A DNA stretch of 64,000 nucleotides from Bacteroidales bacterium (GTDB lineage: Bacteria; Bacteroidota; Bacteroidia; Bacteroidales; UBA1556). The DNA lies in assembly GCA_023146135.1 (NCBI GenBank), contig JAGLCR010000027.1, positions 609 through 64,608 on the forward strand. Reading direction: 5' to 3'. The position numbers and the translations under genes are program-made. Under the pieces are notes generated by a model that ran no database searches, had not been told where the DNA came from, and saw nothing but the letters and a program-made list of their open reading frames with translations. Positions 1 through 8,632 of the stretch are shown one piece after another; position 1 is the first letter of the stretch, and the number at the start of each line of letters is the position of its first letter.

Positions 1-1341
1 ATTAAAGGGGATTCTGCTGGAAAGATGATCTGAGTTAGTCCATTTTCCGGTTGTAGTATTAACATCAACGACAGTAACATTTCCACCACCTTGGGCTGTA
101 TTTCCCAATTTTACATCAAGTCCTACATTGTACGAATCTGAAGTATTGCTGACAGAACGGTCATATATCACGCCCAAATCACTTCTAAATGGGCGGTAGG
201 TTCCTCCTACTCCCTGACCAGCAACAGAAAAAATATCATAAGAAAAATTAGTAAGTGGTAATGCTGGTGTATTTCTACTAAAGGCTCCATCTTTCTCACG
301 ATTAAAGTCCAACAATGCATTGGAACTCATACCTGATTTCTCAGAATACATATACCCATAAGCAGGTACTTTATCCTCTTTTTTAGCAAGAATCTGTTTG
401 GAATAATATCCACTCAAGGAAACAGACCCATCAATACTAAACAAAGTTCCTCCTAATTTCCCATTCAAAGTATAGGTGCTATTTTTCATGGGCATATCGA
501 TACTCGGCACATAGGTCTTCACGCCAAAGCTTTTGCCTACACCACCATTAAGACTACCCACTGTCCCTGACTCATCATTTTTTGCTGTCGTTGGGTCATC
601 CGCTACACTTTGTGACACTCCAACTCCCATATTAATATACTGCAAACCTGCACGACTATTTATAGTTGCTCCAAAGGATAAGCTTCCAGAAACATTGGCA
701 CTTTCTGCACTCTCCATTTTAGCTGAAAAGGACAAACTGGGAGATATTCCCAAACCTCCATCACTACTTGAAGTAAGTGAGAGGCCAGCTGTCATACTAG
801 TTTTGCTTCCCATGGAGTAATTAATCCCGCCACTTCGTTCAGTAGCATAACCTGTATAATTGTTATACCTAATTCCCAGACTGAAATTTAAACTCAATCC
901 ATCATACCCTGCAATTTCAGCTCCAACACCTATAGTGACTCCATAGGTTTTATTTTCTTTCATACTGAATTCCTTCTCAATCAAATCTCCACTGAAATCA
1001 TCAGGAAGTCCTCTCATATTTCGAGTGATAGCACCGGGATTAATATTCCAACCTAAACCAACCCAACTCGCTTCCTGATCCATACCAATACCTGAATTGT
1101 AACTGATATTGATTGGATAGCCTCCCACATCAATTAAAGGAATATTATACTTGAAATCTCCCGAAAACAAATCAACCATATCAGAAGTACCTACAGGTTG
1201 AAAACTTTGTACTTCAGGCTGACTTGGACCTCCGGTAAGAGCAAAGGCAGTATTCGGATAAATAATATCTGCAAATAAGCTGATAACCAGCAAAACTGAT
1301 ATGATCTTGGTCAACTTACTATTTTTAATTTTTTCAATCAT
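1..1341 (-). CDS. Large secreted/surface protein, N-terminal 447 aa only; SpvB/TcdB(TcaC) N-terminal-like domain (3' end beyond window)
   Basis: Hand translation shows an open frame from the ATG at 1341 to the window edge; it is absent from the ORF track because no stop lies in the window. The N-terminus MIEKIKNSKLTKIISVLLVISLF looks like a signal or anchor. It is followed by LTGGPSQPEVQSFQPVGTSDMVDLFSGDFKYNIPL and INISYNSGIGMDQEASWVGLGWNINPGAITRNMRGLPDDF. From memory these resemble the SpvB/TcdB N-terminal pattern (GG..F..G..IPL ... LSYSS..G.GW.L..I.R...GLP.Y). Confidence 0.6.
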   Translation of the reverse strand, partial: MIEKIKNSKLTKIISVLLVISLFADIIYPNTAFALTGGPSQPEVQSFQPVGTSDMVDLFSGDFKYNIPLIDVGGYPINISYNSGIGMDQEASWVGLGWNINPGAITRNMRGLPDDFSGDLIEKEFSMKENKTYGVTIGVGAEIAGYDGLSLNFSLGIRYNNYTGYATERSGGINYSMGSKTSMTAGLSLTSSSDGGLGISPSLSFSAKMESAESANVSGSLSFGATINSRAGLQYINMGVGVSQSVADDPTTAKNDESGTVGSLNGGVGKSFGVKTYVPSIDMPMKNSTYTLNGKLGGTLFSIDGSVSLSGYYSKQILAKKEDKVPAYGYMYSEKSGMSSNALLDFNREKDGAFSRNTPALPLTNFSYDIFSVAGQGVGGTYRPFRSDLGVIYDRSVSNTSDSYNVGLDVKLGNTAQGGGNVTVVDVNTTTGKWTNSDHLSSRIPFN

Positions 1342-1345
1342 GATA

Positions 1346-1996
1346 CTATATTTTAATTTTTATAACAGGGATATTGTTTAAATTTTCTTTCCTAATTTTC
1401 AATTTTATGATACCCCCTCCAAACACATTATCGTTTATTATAATCTGTTTATCGGACGCATAAGCACTCTTATCATCATAAATGGATTCAAATCCTAAAA
1501 GTATGGTACAGCTAGTAGAAAGCCCATAGGTACGCTCAAAATGGTACATCTTGCACGACAAGCTATCCGACCCTTCAATAAGTTTTATCCTATTCTGAAA
1601 GTCAAAAGCTAAATAGCTTATTCGGGATTCGTATTCTTGATGAGAAGCAACATTGTATTTAAGTATATCAGTTTCTAACTCGTCTAATTCAAACTTTAAT
1701 ATAAACTGCTGCAATCCCGGGTTTTCCTCGATTATATCAAGTATAATACTCGTGTCACTCAAAATAGATTTAGAAGCATGGTACTGATAGGGTGTATATT
1801 GCACTCCATACTTTATATTTCCAATAAGTTTACTGGCAGATACACTAAAAACATCTTTAGAGATATTATCAGTAAATGTGCCTAAGGTTGTCTTGTAATC
1901 CTCTCCAAGCTCAATAATAGGGCGTTGCGAATGATTCAAACCACATGAATACGCTAATAACATCGTTAGTAGCAATAAAATGATACACTTACTCAT
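1346..1996 (-). CDS. Lipoprotein, unknown function
   Basis: ORF 1346..2026 trimmed to the internal Met that gives MSKCIILLLLTMLLAYSCG, a lipobox (LAYSC). That start overlaps the stop of the upstream Skp-like gene by 8 nt. No recognisable domain. Confidence 0.55.
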   Translation of the reverse strand: MSKCIILLLLTMLLAYSCGLNHSQRPIIELGEDYKTTLGTFTDNISKDVFSVSASKLIGNIKYGVQYTPYQYHASKSILSDTSIILDIIEENPGLQQFILKFELDELETDILKYNVASHQEYESRISYLAFDFQNRIKLIEGSDSLSCKMYHFERTYGLSTSCTILLGFESIYDDKSAYASDKQIIINDNVFGGGIIKLKIRKENLNNIPVIKIKI

Positions 1997-2516
1997 TGTC
2001 ATCATATCTGGAGTTAACGAATTCAACGACTTCAGAAGTTATATCAACACCTTCTTGGGCATACATAATCGTCCCATCTCCTTTTGCTCCATAAATGAAA
2101 GTGTAATTTTGCTCATAGCCGTATTCTTTAATATACTGGTTCAGTTGTTCCCAAATCATATTACTCAAGCGAGCTCTTATCTCTTCAGCCTCTCCTTCAA
2201 ACTTTTTTTTGAGCTCATTGTATTCATCTCTTTTCTGAATAAATGCAGTTATTTGTGGATCTTCCTCGTTGAGCTTGTCCAAATTTGAAATCTGAGCATA
2301 CCTTGATTTAAGATCTAAATTCAAACTATCTAAAACCTCAGTGCGCCGTTTTTGAACTGAGTCATACTCCTTCTCTAATTCAACCTTATAGTCAAACTTA
2401 TTATAGAGGTCATTTACATTTAAAAATGCTGTTTGTGGAACTGTAAAATAGTACACAACCCATGATACTAGGATCAAGAGTAATAGTAGTAAGTTGAATA
2501 AGTTATGTTTCTTCAT
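1989..2516 (-). CDS. OmpH/Skp-like periplasmic chaperone
   Basis: 175 aa with an N-terminal hydrophobic segment and a long charged coiled-coil body (ELEKEYDSVQKRRTEVLD..., KKKFEGEAEEIRARL). The C-terminal IMYAQEGVDITSEVVEFVNSRY is typical of Bacteroidota OmpH-family proteins (from memory). Confidence 0.55.
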   Translation of the reverse strand: MKKHNLFNLLLLLLILVSWVVYYFTVPQTAFLNVNDLYNKFDYKVELEKEYDSVQKRRTEVLDSLNLDLKSRYAQISNLDKLNEEDPQITAFIQKRDEYNELKKKFEGEAEEIRARLSNMIWEQLNQYIKEYGYEQNYTFIYGAKGDGTIMYAQEGVDITSEVVEFVNSRYDDNE

Positions 2517-2541
2517 TAAATCTGATTTTTATATTTCTTGA

Positions 2542-5397
2542 CTAATTAGCACATCCACACTCTAGGTTCTCGAATCGCAGATAACTTTTTTCTCCTTTGG
2601 CATTCTCTACTACCAAAATATTATAATCACCAAGTGATCCTGTTGCCTGGGATACATCCAATGTATACTGACCCATTCCATATTTAAGTGAAATAACAGG
2701 AGCACCTATTCCTCCAGAGGCCAAAACAGCAGTATTGTTGTCGTTGTATACAGTATACTTCATGAATTGCCCAGATGAACTGGCATATTCAGATTTGTAA
2801 GTAAATTTGAGACTAGTTCCATCCAAACATGCCATTCCATTATTTTTAGATTTCCCTAACGCATAATATTGATTGGGTAAGCTTGAAAGTTGTCCTGCAC
2901 CAAAAGGATGTACACTCCATGATTCGCCACCAATTCCATCGGTAAAATCTAATGAAAATCCAGAGTTCAAGATTGTAGATGAAACTCCTAAGCTCAGGTT
3001 ACAATTAGTTAAACAAGTGAATTGTGGATTAACATTTTCAGCACCTAAATCAATACTATTGACTGAAGAATAACCAAAAGTTGTAGTAGAAGTAGAAAAT
3101 ATATTGGTGCTACTTTGATAGCTGTAGTAATCGTTACTTGCCATAGCGTCAAATAAGAAAGGACTTAGTCCATTCGATGTTGAAGTCTTAATACTGTACC
3201 CACCTGATCCATAAAAAGACAATATGTTATTCTTTAAGTGTACTAGATTATAGACTTTGAAATCTGCATCAGTTGATGAATGAACCAGTTCAATACAGTA
3301 ATTCTCAATATAAAATGAATTGTTATAGATATTCACCACATTATTTTGCGATAAATTAATATCGGTTAGCAATTTAACTCCCGTAGACGATGTGCAGAAA
3401 TAGTTTCTGTTTATATTAGTCGTAGTACCTTCATTCATTGAATTTATTACCAAGGCAGTACTCCCTCCGGTAAAGACATTTTTTGATATTTCATATGTGT
3501 TCCCATCATTTTCATTACTCAAACGTAGTAAATCAGAGGTTGTAGAACCACCAAAGGAGTTTGAAGTGAGTTCAACAGAGGAATTATATAAATAAACTGC
3601 ATTTCCAACTGAGTTACTCATTTCACAACGACTCACTATTATATCGGTGGCAGAACCTATTTTCAATGCCTCATGAGTTGCACTTGTTGATGAAATATTT
3701 AATTCGCTCAATTCAATGTCATTTACATTAAATAGCTCTATGGTATTAGTACTGGATGAAGAGTTACTTATATATGTATAGTTTTTTCCAGCCCCTTGAA
3801 CAACCACAGGTAATCCAGCATTATACACTACACTAAAACCGCTCATGGATTCAGAATAATTACCGACATCTACAAATAAGGTATCACCACCTTTCAAACT
3901 TCCAATGGAAGCCAATAAGGCTGCCATCGTAGCCTTTGGTTTTGAAGATACTCGCCCTAAATTTGCATCATTACCAATTGCCTGACAATATCGGTCTCCC
4001 ACAAGTACATTATCATTAATAAAATAGTTATTGCTTGTGGTATAGGTAACTGATGTGGTATAATAATATTCAGCATTTGGCGCTGAGAATACTGTCATAT
4101 CACAAAATGGACGTTTACATTTAGCCTTAAAACTTGTTGTCGTATTTAGTCCCGAAAGTGTGAAATTAGCTGCTTGTGAAATAGCCTCATAAGGATCTCC
4201 ATTAACACTCTGCTCCCATTGTACAAATTCATCATTTCCGGTTAGAGATACACTAATATTTATTGGAGTATTGCTATAATCATCAGTTGCTGGAGATATA
4301 CTTGCCGTACTTAAATTACTATTGCAATTACTTATTGCCTCGCAAACAACTGTAAAGTCCCAGCCTGATGCATCAATTAAACCATCTGAATTGTACAAAA
4401 TGGTTAAAGCTCCCGAAGGATCCGTTGCTGTATATGTTGTAGACAACACACTTCCTTCTAGAATATCCAACACCTTATTGGGATCAACACTTTCTCCATC
4501 ATAAATTATCATAAAGTCGCCAAATTGGCTTGCTTCGGTATAAAAAGAATTTAGTGTAAACTTCATTCTTCTCCCAGCGGTCGTTGGCCTGAAACTAACC
4601 ACCGAATTGGTAAAAGCAGCATATCCTCCCACAGAACCTCCATCATCATAAAATGTGGAAGTACCATCATTTACTGAATAAATTGTGTTTTGAGTTGGAA
4701 GGTTAACTGTAGCTGAATTTATAATTGTCGCATTAGAATAACTTCTACTATTGGTAGTACCATTGAAGGTAAATTTCACCATTGGTTTATAGGAGTCTGA
4801 AGTTGATAATGAACAGTTCGAGTAATCATCAACATTCATCTTTGATGCTCCTGACTGTGTCTCAAAACATAGAAACGAAGGCATCTCTCCTTCTAGACTA
4901 TAGTTTTCCTTTTCAACCACAACGCTTATATTATGCGATGAGTCAACTTTTATTCCTCTATCAAAAATAATCTCCTGCCAACCTGATTCTCCGGCTCCAA
5001 CATAAGGACCACTATAAACCAAGTGATAGCTATCTTCTTGATCATAGGTACCAATAGAATTCAGGTAGCTATCTTTGGCATTTTCATGAACATTACATAT
5101 ATCATTTGAAAAAGTTGTTGATTCAGACACTTTAATATAAACGTTTATATGATTCACATCTAAATAGCTAGGATCTGCAACAAAGAAAGACAATGATGAC
5201 AAATCAGAGGTGCTGGACAATTCAATATCATTACTACTATAGGAAGAGCTCCATACAGAATAGTTTCCAGATTCAAGAAAAATGGGCATTGTGACAAGAG
5301 CGTTATCCTCATCACCTATTTCGATACTAAAACTCGATTGCGAGTTAGAGAATTGAAATACAAAAATGGCTAAACAAGTTAATAGTATTCTTTTCAT
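2542..5397 (-). CDS. 951-aa secreted protein with a CUB-like domain and a right-handed parallel beta-helix region
   Basis: Signal peptide MKRILLTCLAIFVFQFSNSQ. A CUB-like segment spans about aa 238-352 (FYDDGGSVGGY..RMKFTLNSFYTEASQFGDFMIIYDGES..ALTILYNSDGLIDASGWDFTVVC). A pectate-lyase-type beta-helix entry (KATMAALLASIGSLKGGDTLFVDVGNYSE) is followed by Asn/Ser-rich PbH1-like turns to about aa 745. No T9SS-type C-terminal domain; the protein ends YLRFENLECGCAN. Confidence 0.7.
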   Translation of the reverse strand: MKRILLTCLAIFVFQFSNSQSSFSIEIGDEDNALVTMPIFLESGNYSVWSSSYSSNDIELSSTSDLSSLSFFVADPSYLDVNHINVYIKVSESTTFSNDICNVHENAKDSYLNSIGTYDQEDSYHLVYSGPYVGAGESGWQEIIFDRGIKVDSSHNISVVVEKENYSLEGEMPSFLCFETQSGASKMNVDDYSNCSLSTSDSYKPMVKFTFNGTTNSRSYSNATIINSATVNLPTQNTIYSVNDGTSTFYDDGGSVGGYAAFTNSVVSFRPTTAGRRMKFTLNSFYTEASQFGDFMIIYDGESVDPNKVLDILEGSVLSTTYTATDPSGALTILYNSDGLIDASGWDFTVVCEAISNCNSNLSTASISPATDDYSNTPINISVSLTGNDEFVQWEQSVNGDPYEAISQAANFTLSGLNTTTSFKAKCKRPFCDMTVFSAPNAEYYYTTSVTYTTSNNYFINDNVLVGDRYCQAIGNDANLGRVSSKPKATMAALLASIGSLKGGDTLFVDVGNYSESMSGFSVVYNAGLPVVVQGAGKNYTYISNSSSSTNTIELFNVNDIELSELNISSTSATHEALKIGSATDIIVSRCEMSNSVGNAVYLYNSSVELTSNSFGGSTTSDLLRLSNENDGNTYEISKNVFTGGSTALVINSMNEGTTTNINRNYFCTSSTGVKLLTDINLSQNNVVNIYNNSFYIENYCIELVHSSTDADFKVYNLVHLKNNILSFYGSGGYSIKTSTSNGLSPFLFDAMASNDYYSYQSSTNIFSTSTTTFGYSSVNSIDLGAENVNPQFTCLTNCNLSLGVSSTILNSGFSLDFTDGIGGESWSVHPFGAGQLSSLPNQYYALGKSKNNGMACLDGTSLKFTYKSEYASSSGQFMKYTVYNDNNTAVLASGGIGAPVISLKYGMGQYTLDVSQATGSLGDYNILVVENAKGEKSYLRFENLECGCAN

Positions 5398-5400
5398 TTT

Positions 5401-5754
5401 TTATTTTCTTTTACGTGCATTGAGATATAGTTTGTTTTTATTCATTGTTCGCCAACCTGATTCTTGTGCAGAATTCACGTAGAATATTTTTATATCAGCT
5501 TCCCCGACACTTTGAACCAGCATATATATAAATCTAGCTCTCGAAGAATCAGCTATATGATACCATACCCCATCTTTCACTATGGTGCATAAAGAATCCG
5601 CTACATAAACATTTATGTCTGCATCAGCCATATTAGAAACCACAAAAAAATTTATATGAGAACTTTGTGATGAATTAGCCTCATAAACTTGCTGAGAGAA
5701 ACCCGAGATGATAAAGACAAATAGTATCACGAGTAGTAGAAATAGTCTTTTCAT
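5401..5754 (-). CDS. Small secreted protein (about 117 aa) with an internal duplicated motif
   Basis: ORF 5401..5832 trimmed to the Met that gives the signal peptide MKRLFLLLVILFVFIISGFSQQ. Two related motifs are present: ADADINVYVADS and GEADIKIFYVNS. The C-terminus is basic (NARKRK). Confidence 0.5.
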   Translation of the reverse strand: MKRLFLLLVILFVFIISGFSQQVYEANSSQSSHINFFVVSNMADADINVYVADSLCTIVKDGVWYHIADSSRARFIYMLVQSVGEADIKIFYVNSAQESGWRTMNKNKLYLNARKRK

Positions 5755-6231
5755 AATGATCTCAATTTGTTTAAGAATATATTTAATTAATTCATGTCGT
5801 AAAATTAGAGGCATAAATAATAACCTTGTCAAAATGCACTATTTTGGAATTATGTGGTAGAATTATCAGAACGAAAGACATCTTTTGGAGTGTAAAGAGC
5901 ATTTTAGACATAGCCTAAAACTAGTGTTCTTGATTTTTTTTGATTTATTGAAAATTTTCGATACAAATATTTGAGATTAAATACATCGTTTTTTTTATCA
6001 AAGACTATCTCTAATTTGTCATTACATTTTTTCTGTTTCTTCACCTCAAAATGCAAAATACGCAGTATTCACTCTTGTCCCTAAGCATTGAGCCAAAAAA
6101 GCAATCAAATTTTTCTAAAGAATAGAATTGCTCTAAATGTCATCTATCTCCCTTATTATGTTATTTGGTATTCCTTTTATGCTTCTTAAGCTCATAATTG
6201 TGCATTTTCTTAACTCAAATATTATTAATCC

Positions 6232-6239
6232 TAATTTTG
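6232..6239 (+). promoter_or_regulatory. Candidate Bacteroidota sigma-A -7 box (TAATTTTG) for the pilus-like operon
   Basis: Exact match to the TAnnTTTG consensus 20 nt upstream of the pilin ATG. A second match, TAAATTTG, lies at 6246-6253. No clean TTTG -33 element was seen. This motif is expected by chance fairly often in AT-rich spacers. Confidence 0.3.
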
Positions 6240-6258
6240 AACCACTAAATTTGTTACA

Positions 6259-6675
6259 ATGAAAAAGATAAAACTATACCGACTAAAAGCGCCTGGCTTT
6301 TCTCTCACAGAATTACTTGTAGTATTAATAATTATTGGGATTCTTGTTTTGGTGGCTCTACCAAACCTACTTCCTCTTATTACAAAAGCTAAGACTGTAG
6401 AGGCAAAGCAGCATTTATCACATATCTATACTCTGGAAAAATCATTTTTTTATATGCACTCAAAATATTCTGACGAACTTGAAGCAATTGATTACATCGC
6501 CGAGAAAACTGTGAAGTCAGGAGGAAGTGCAAACTATGTAATTGAAATCGTTCATGCTAGCTATGATGGGTTTCTTGCCAGAGCTACATCTGTAGTGGAT
6601 TTTGATCAAGATGGAGTACTAAATGTATGGGAAATTGATCAAGACAAAAAACTGATTGAAGTAGTAAAAGACTAG
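6259..6675 (+). CDS. Type IV pilin / pseudopilin, candidate major subunit
   Basis: Class III signal MKKIKLYRLKAPG|FSLTELLVVLIIIGILVLVALPNL with Gly-1, Phe+1 and Glu+5. Followed by KAKTVEAKQHL, typical of the pilin alpha1 helix. 138 aa; first gene of the operon. Confidence 0.85.
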   Translation: MKKIKLYRLKAPGFSLTELLVVLIIIGILVLVALPNLLPLITKAKTVEAKQHLSHIYTLEKSFFYMHSKYSDELEAIDYIAEKTVKSGGSANYVIEIVHASYDGFLARATSVVDFDQDGVLNVWEIDQDKKLIEVVKD

Positions 6676-6698
6676 AGATAACATATTCTTAATGTACG

Positions 6699-7205
6699 AT
6701 GATGATACTATTATTAATATCTATTGCCTTAATTCTAATTCTTGCATACGAAGACTTTCGTAATCGAGAGATTTCAGTAATTTGGATAGCAATCTTTTAT
6801 TTAATAATCCTGATTGAAGTAATCCAAAGCAATAATTGGAGTTTAGAAAACATAATAATTAATGTTATTGTATTCATTTTTTTAGGTCTTGGGGTTGTTA
6901 TTTATAGTATGGTTCGGTGGGGAACTAAAAGGCAGATTATTAACAGAACAATTGGCTTAGGAGATATTCTTTTAGCTCCTAGTTTTATTTTTATTTTCAG
7001 TCCAGCAAACTTTCTAATCTTTCTCAACACAGGTTTTCTCCTCGGAATCATTTTTTATATTCTGAGTAAAAAGAGGAGTGCTAAAATCCCTCTTGCTGGA
7101 ATATTTGCCATGGTTTATTCAATACTTCTGATTACATCAATTGCTCATATAGATTATTCTATTTTGTTTCAGGATGATGTATTAAATATAATTCTACGAG
7201 AGTGA
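6699..7205 (+). CDS. Prepilin peptidase, short A24-family form (168 aa)
   Basis: Polytopic membrane protein carrying the two Asp motifs of the A24 family: LAYEDFRNREIS and IGLGDILLAP (the GxGDxK-like box with Lys replaced by Leu). Too short to contain the N-methyltransferase/Zn domain of PilD/GspO. Confidence 0.65.
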   Translation: MMILLLISIALILILAYEDFRNREISVIWIAIFYLIILIEVIQSNNWSLENIIINVIVFIFLGLGVVIYSMVRWGTKRQIINRTIGLGDILLAPSFIFIFSPANFLIFLNTGFLLGIIFYILSKKRSAKIPLAGIFAMVYSILLITSIAHIDYSILFQDDVLNIILRE

Positions 7206-8632
7206 ATGATGACTTAAAAATATCTGCTAATGTATTACAATTGATTAGTGATAATCAAGCATGGGAATACTATGTAGTCCCAAAAAAGTTTGTGGACAAT
7301 ATACTTACTGTTTATATTAGCGATGATGTAGATGTGAACAGTATTTTGAACGAGCTTGAAATAATTCTAGGTTTTGAAATAGAATATGAAATTCTATCAA
7401 AAGATAAAATCCAAAAATTACTCATAACGAATTATCACAATCATTCAGGTAATAGATCAAGAGAAGATTTATCTATTGAAACAGACTTTCTTCAAAAACT
7501 GATTGAAAGTGCCTATCAGCTAAATTCTAGCGATATACATATTGAACCTTATGAAGAAATATGTAGAGTACGATACCGGCTTGATGGAAGATTACTCGAA
7601 AAGTTTATTATCTCAAAAGATGATTATCCTAGTCTTATAAATAAGATTAAAATTAGAGCAAATCTTGATATTGCTGAGAAAAGAAGGCCGCAAGATGGTC
7701 GTATTAAATACAATTTTGAAAAGACGGATTTAGATATTAGGGTTTCAATAGTACCTACTCTTTTTGGCGAGAAAGCGGTTCTAAGGCTTCTTAAAAAAGA
7801 TACTTCTACTGTCAATTTAGAGAAAATAGGATTTAATAGTCATCAACTTGATATCTATAGAGAAAGTATTCAGAAAGACCATGGAATAGTTCTAATAAGT
7901 GGGCCAACAGGTTCGGGAAAAACCACCACGCTTTATGCTACTTTAAAGCAATTGAATACAGAAACGGTAAATATCTCAACTATTGAAGACCCTATTGAAT
8001 ATACCTTGGAAGGTGTGAATCAAGTGCAGTTGAACCCTAAGATTGGTTTAACATTCTCTTCAGCACTTAGGACTTTTCTTAGACAAGATCCTGATATTAT
8101 TATGCTAGGTGAGATAAGAGATATTGAAACTGCCGAGATGGCGATTAGAGCCGCTTTGACAGGTCACCTTGTACTATCAACCATTCATACTAACTCTGCT
8201 TGGGGAACAATTTCAAGGCTAATTGATATGGGAATCCCATCTTTTTTATTGGCTTCTGTTCTCAATTCTTCTGTTGCTCAGAGATTAATCAGGAAGTTAT
8301 GCAACTCATGCAAAAGCAAGGTTCCTTTAGGCGAAATGCAATTTGAAAGAAAAATCGTTAATGATTTTCAAATAAATATTGATCATTTATACAAGCCTGT
8401 TGGTTGTAAAGAATGCCACTTCACTGGTTATAATGGTCGGATTGCAATTTTCGAGATAATATCTGTTAATCATAACATAGGGGAATGTATTAAGGAGAAT
8501 AAATTTAATATTCAAAATGACATTTCTAACAAAGAATTTCAATCATTATACGATCAAGCCATTATTCATCTAAAGAATGGGAAAACCTCATTTGAAGAAG
8601 TTTATCCAATATTATTGACAAATACTACATAA
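7202..8632 (+). CDS. GspE/PilB-family assembly ATPase
   Basis: Walker A GPTGSGKTTT, Walker B/Asp box DPDIIMLGEIRD, His box GHLVLSTIHTN and a tetracysteine motif CNSC...CKEC. The GTG start overlaps the peptidase stop (GTGA). Confidence 0.9.
   Translation: MNDDLKISANVLQLISDNQAWEYYVVPKKFVDNILTVYISDDVDVNSILNELEIILGFEIEYEILSKDKIQKLLITNYHNHSGNRSREDLSIETDFLQKLIESAYQLNSSDIHIEPYEEICRVRYRLDGRLLEKFIISKDDYPSLINKIKIRANLDIAEKRRPQDGRIKYNFEKTDLDIRVSIVPTLFGEKAVLRLLKKDTSTVNLEKIGFNSHQLDIYRESIQKDHGIVLISGPTGSGKTTTLYATLKQLNTETVNISTIEDPIEYTLEGVNQVQLNPKIGLTFSSALRTFLRQDPDIIMLGEIRDIETAEMAIRAALTGHLVLSTIHTNSAWGTISRLIDMGIPSFLLASVLNSSVAQRLIRKLCNSCKSKVPLGEMQFERKIVNDFQINIDHLYKPVGCKECHFTGYNGRIAIFEIISVNHNIGECIKENKFNIQNDISNKEFQSLYDQAIIHLKNGKTSFEEVYPILLTNTT

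Noticed and set aside
533-820. 95-aa plus-strand ORF in the track
   Set aside because: It lies entirely antisense to the long open minus-strand frame (1-1341), which has clear protein-family signatures. Its own sequence is Pro/Leu/Ser-rich and low in complexity.
1980-2288. 102-aa plus-strand ORF
   Set aside because: Antisense to the Skp-like gene, with no signal of its own. This is typical shadow-ORF composition in AT-rich DNA.
5829-6056. Repeated 10-mer tcaaaatgca (5829-5838 and 6047-6056) in the divergent promoter spacer
   Set aside because: There are only two copies, 218 nt apart, in very AT-rich DNA. This is insufficient to call an operator.
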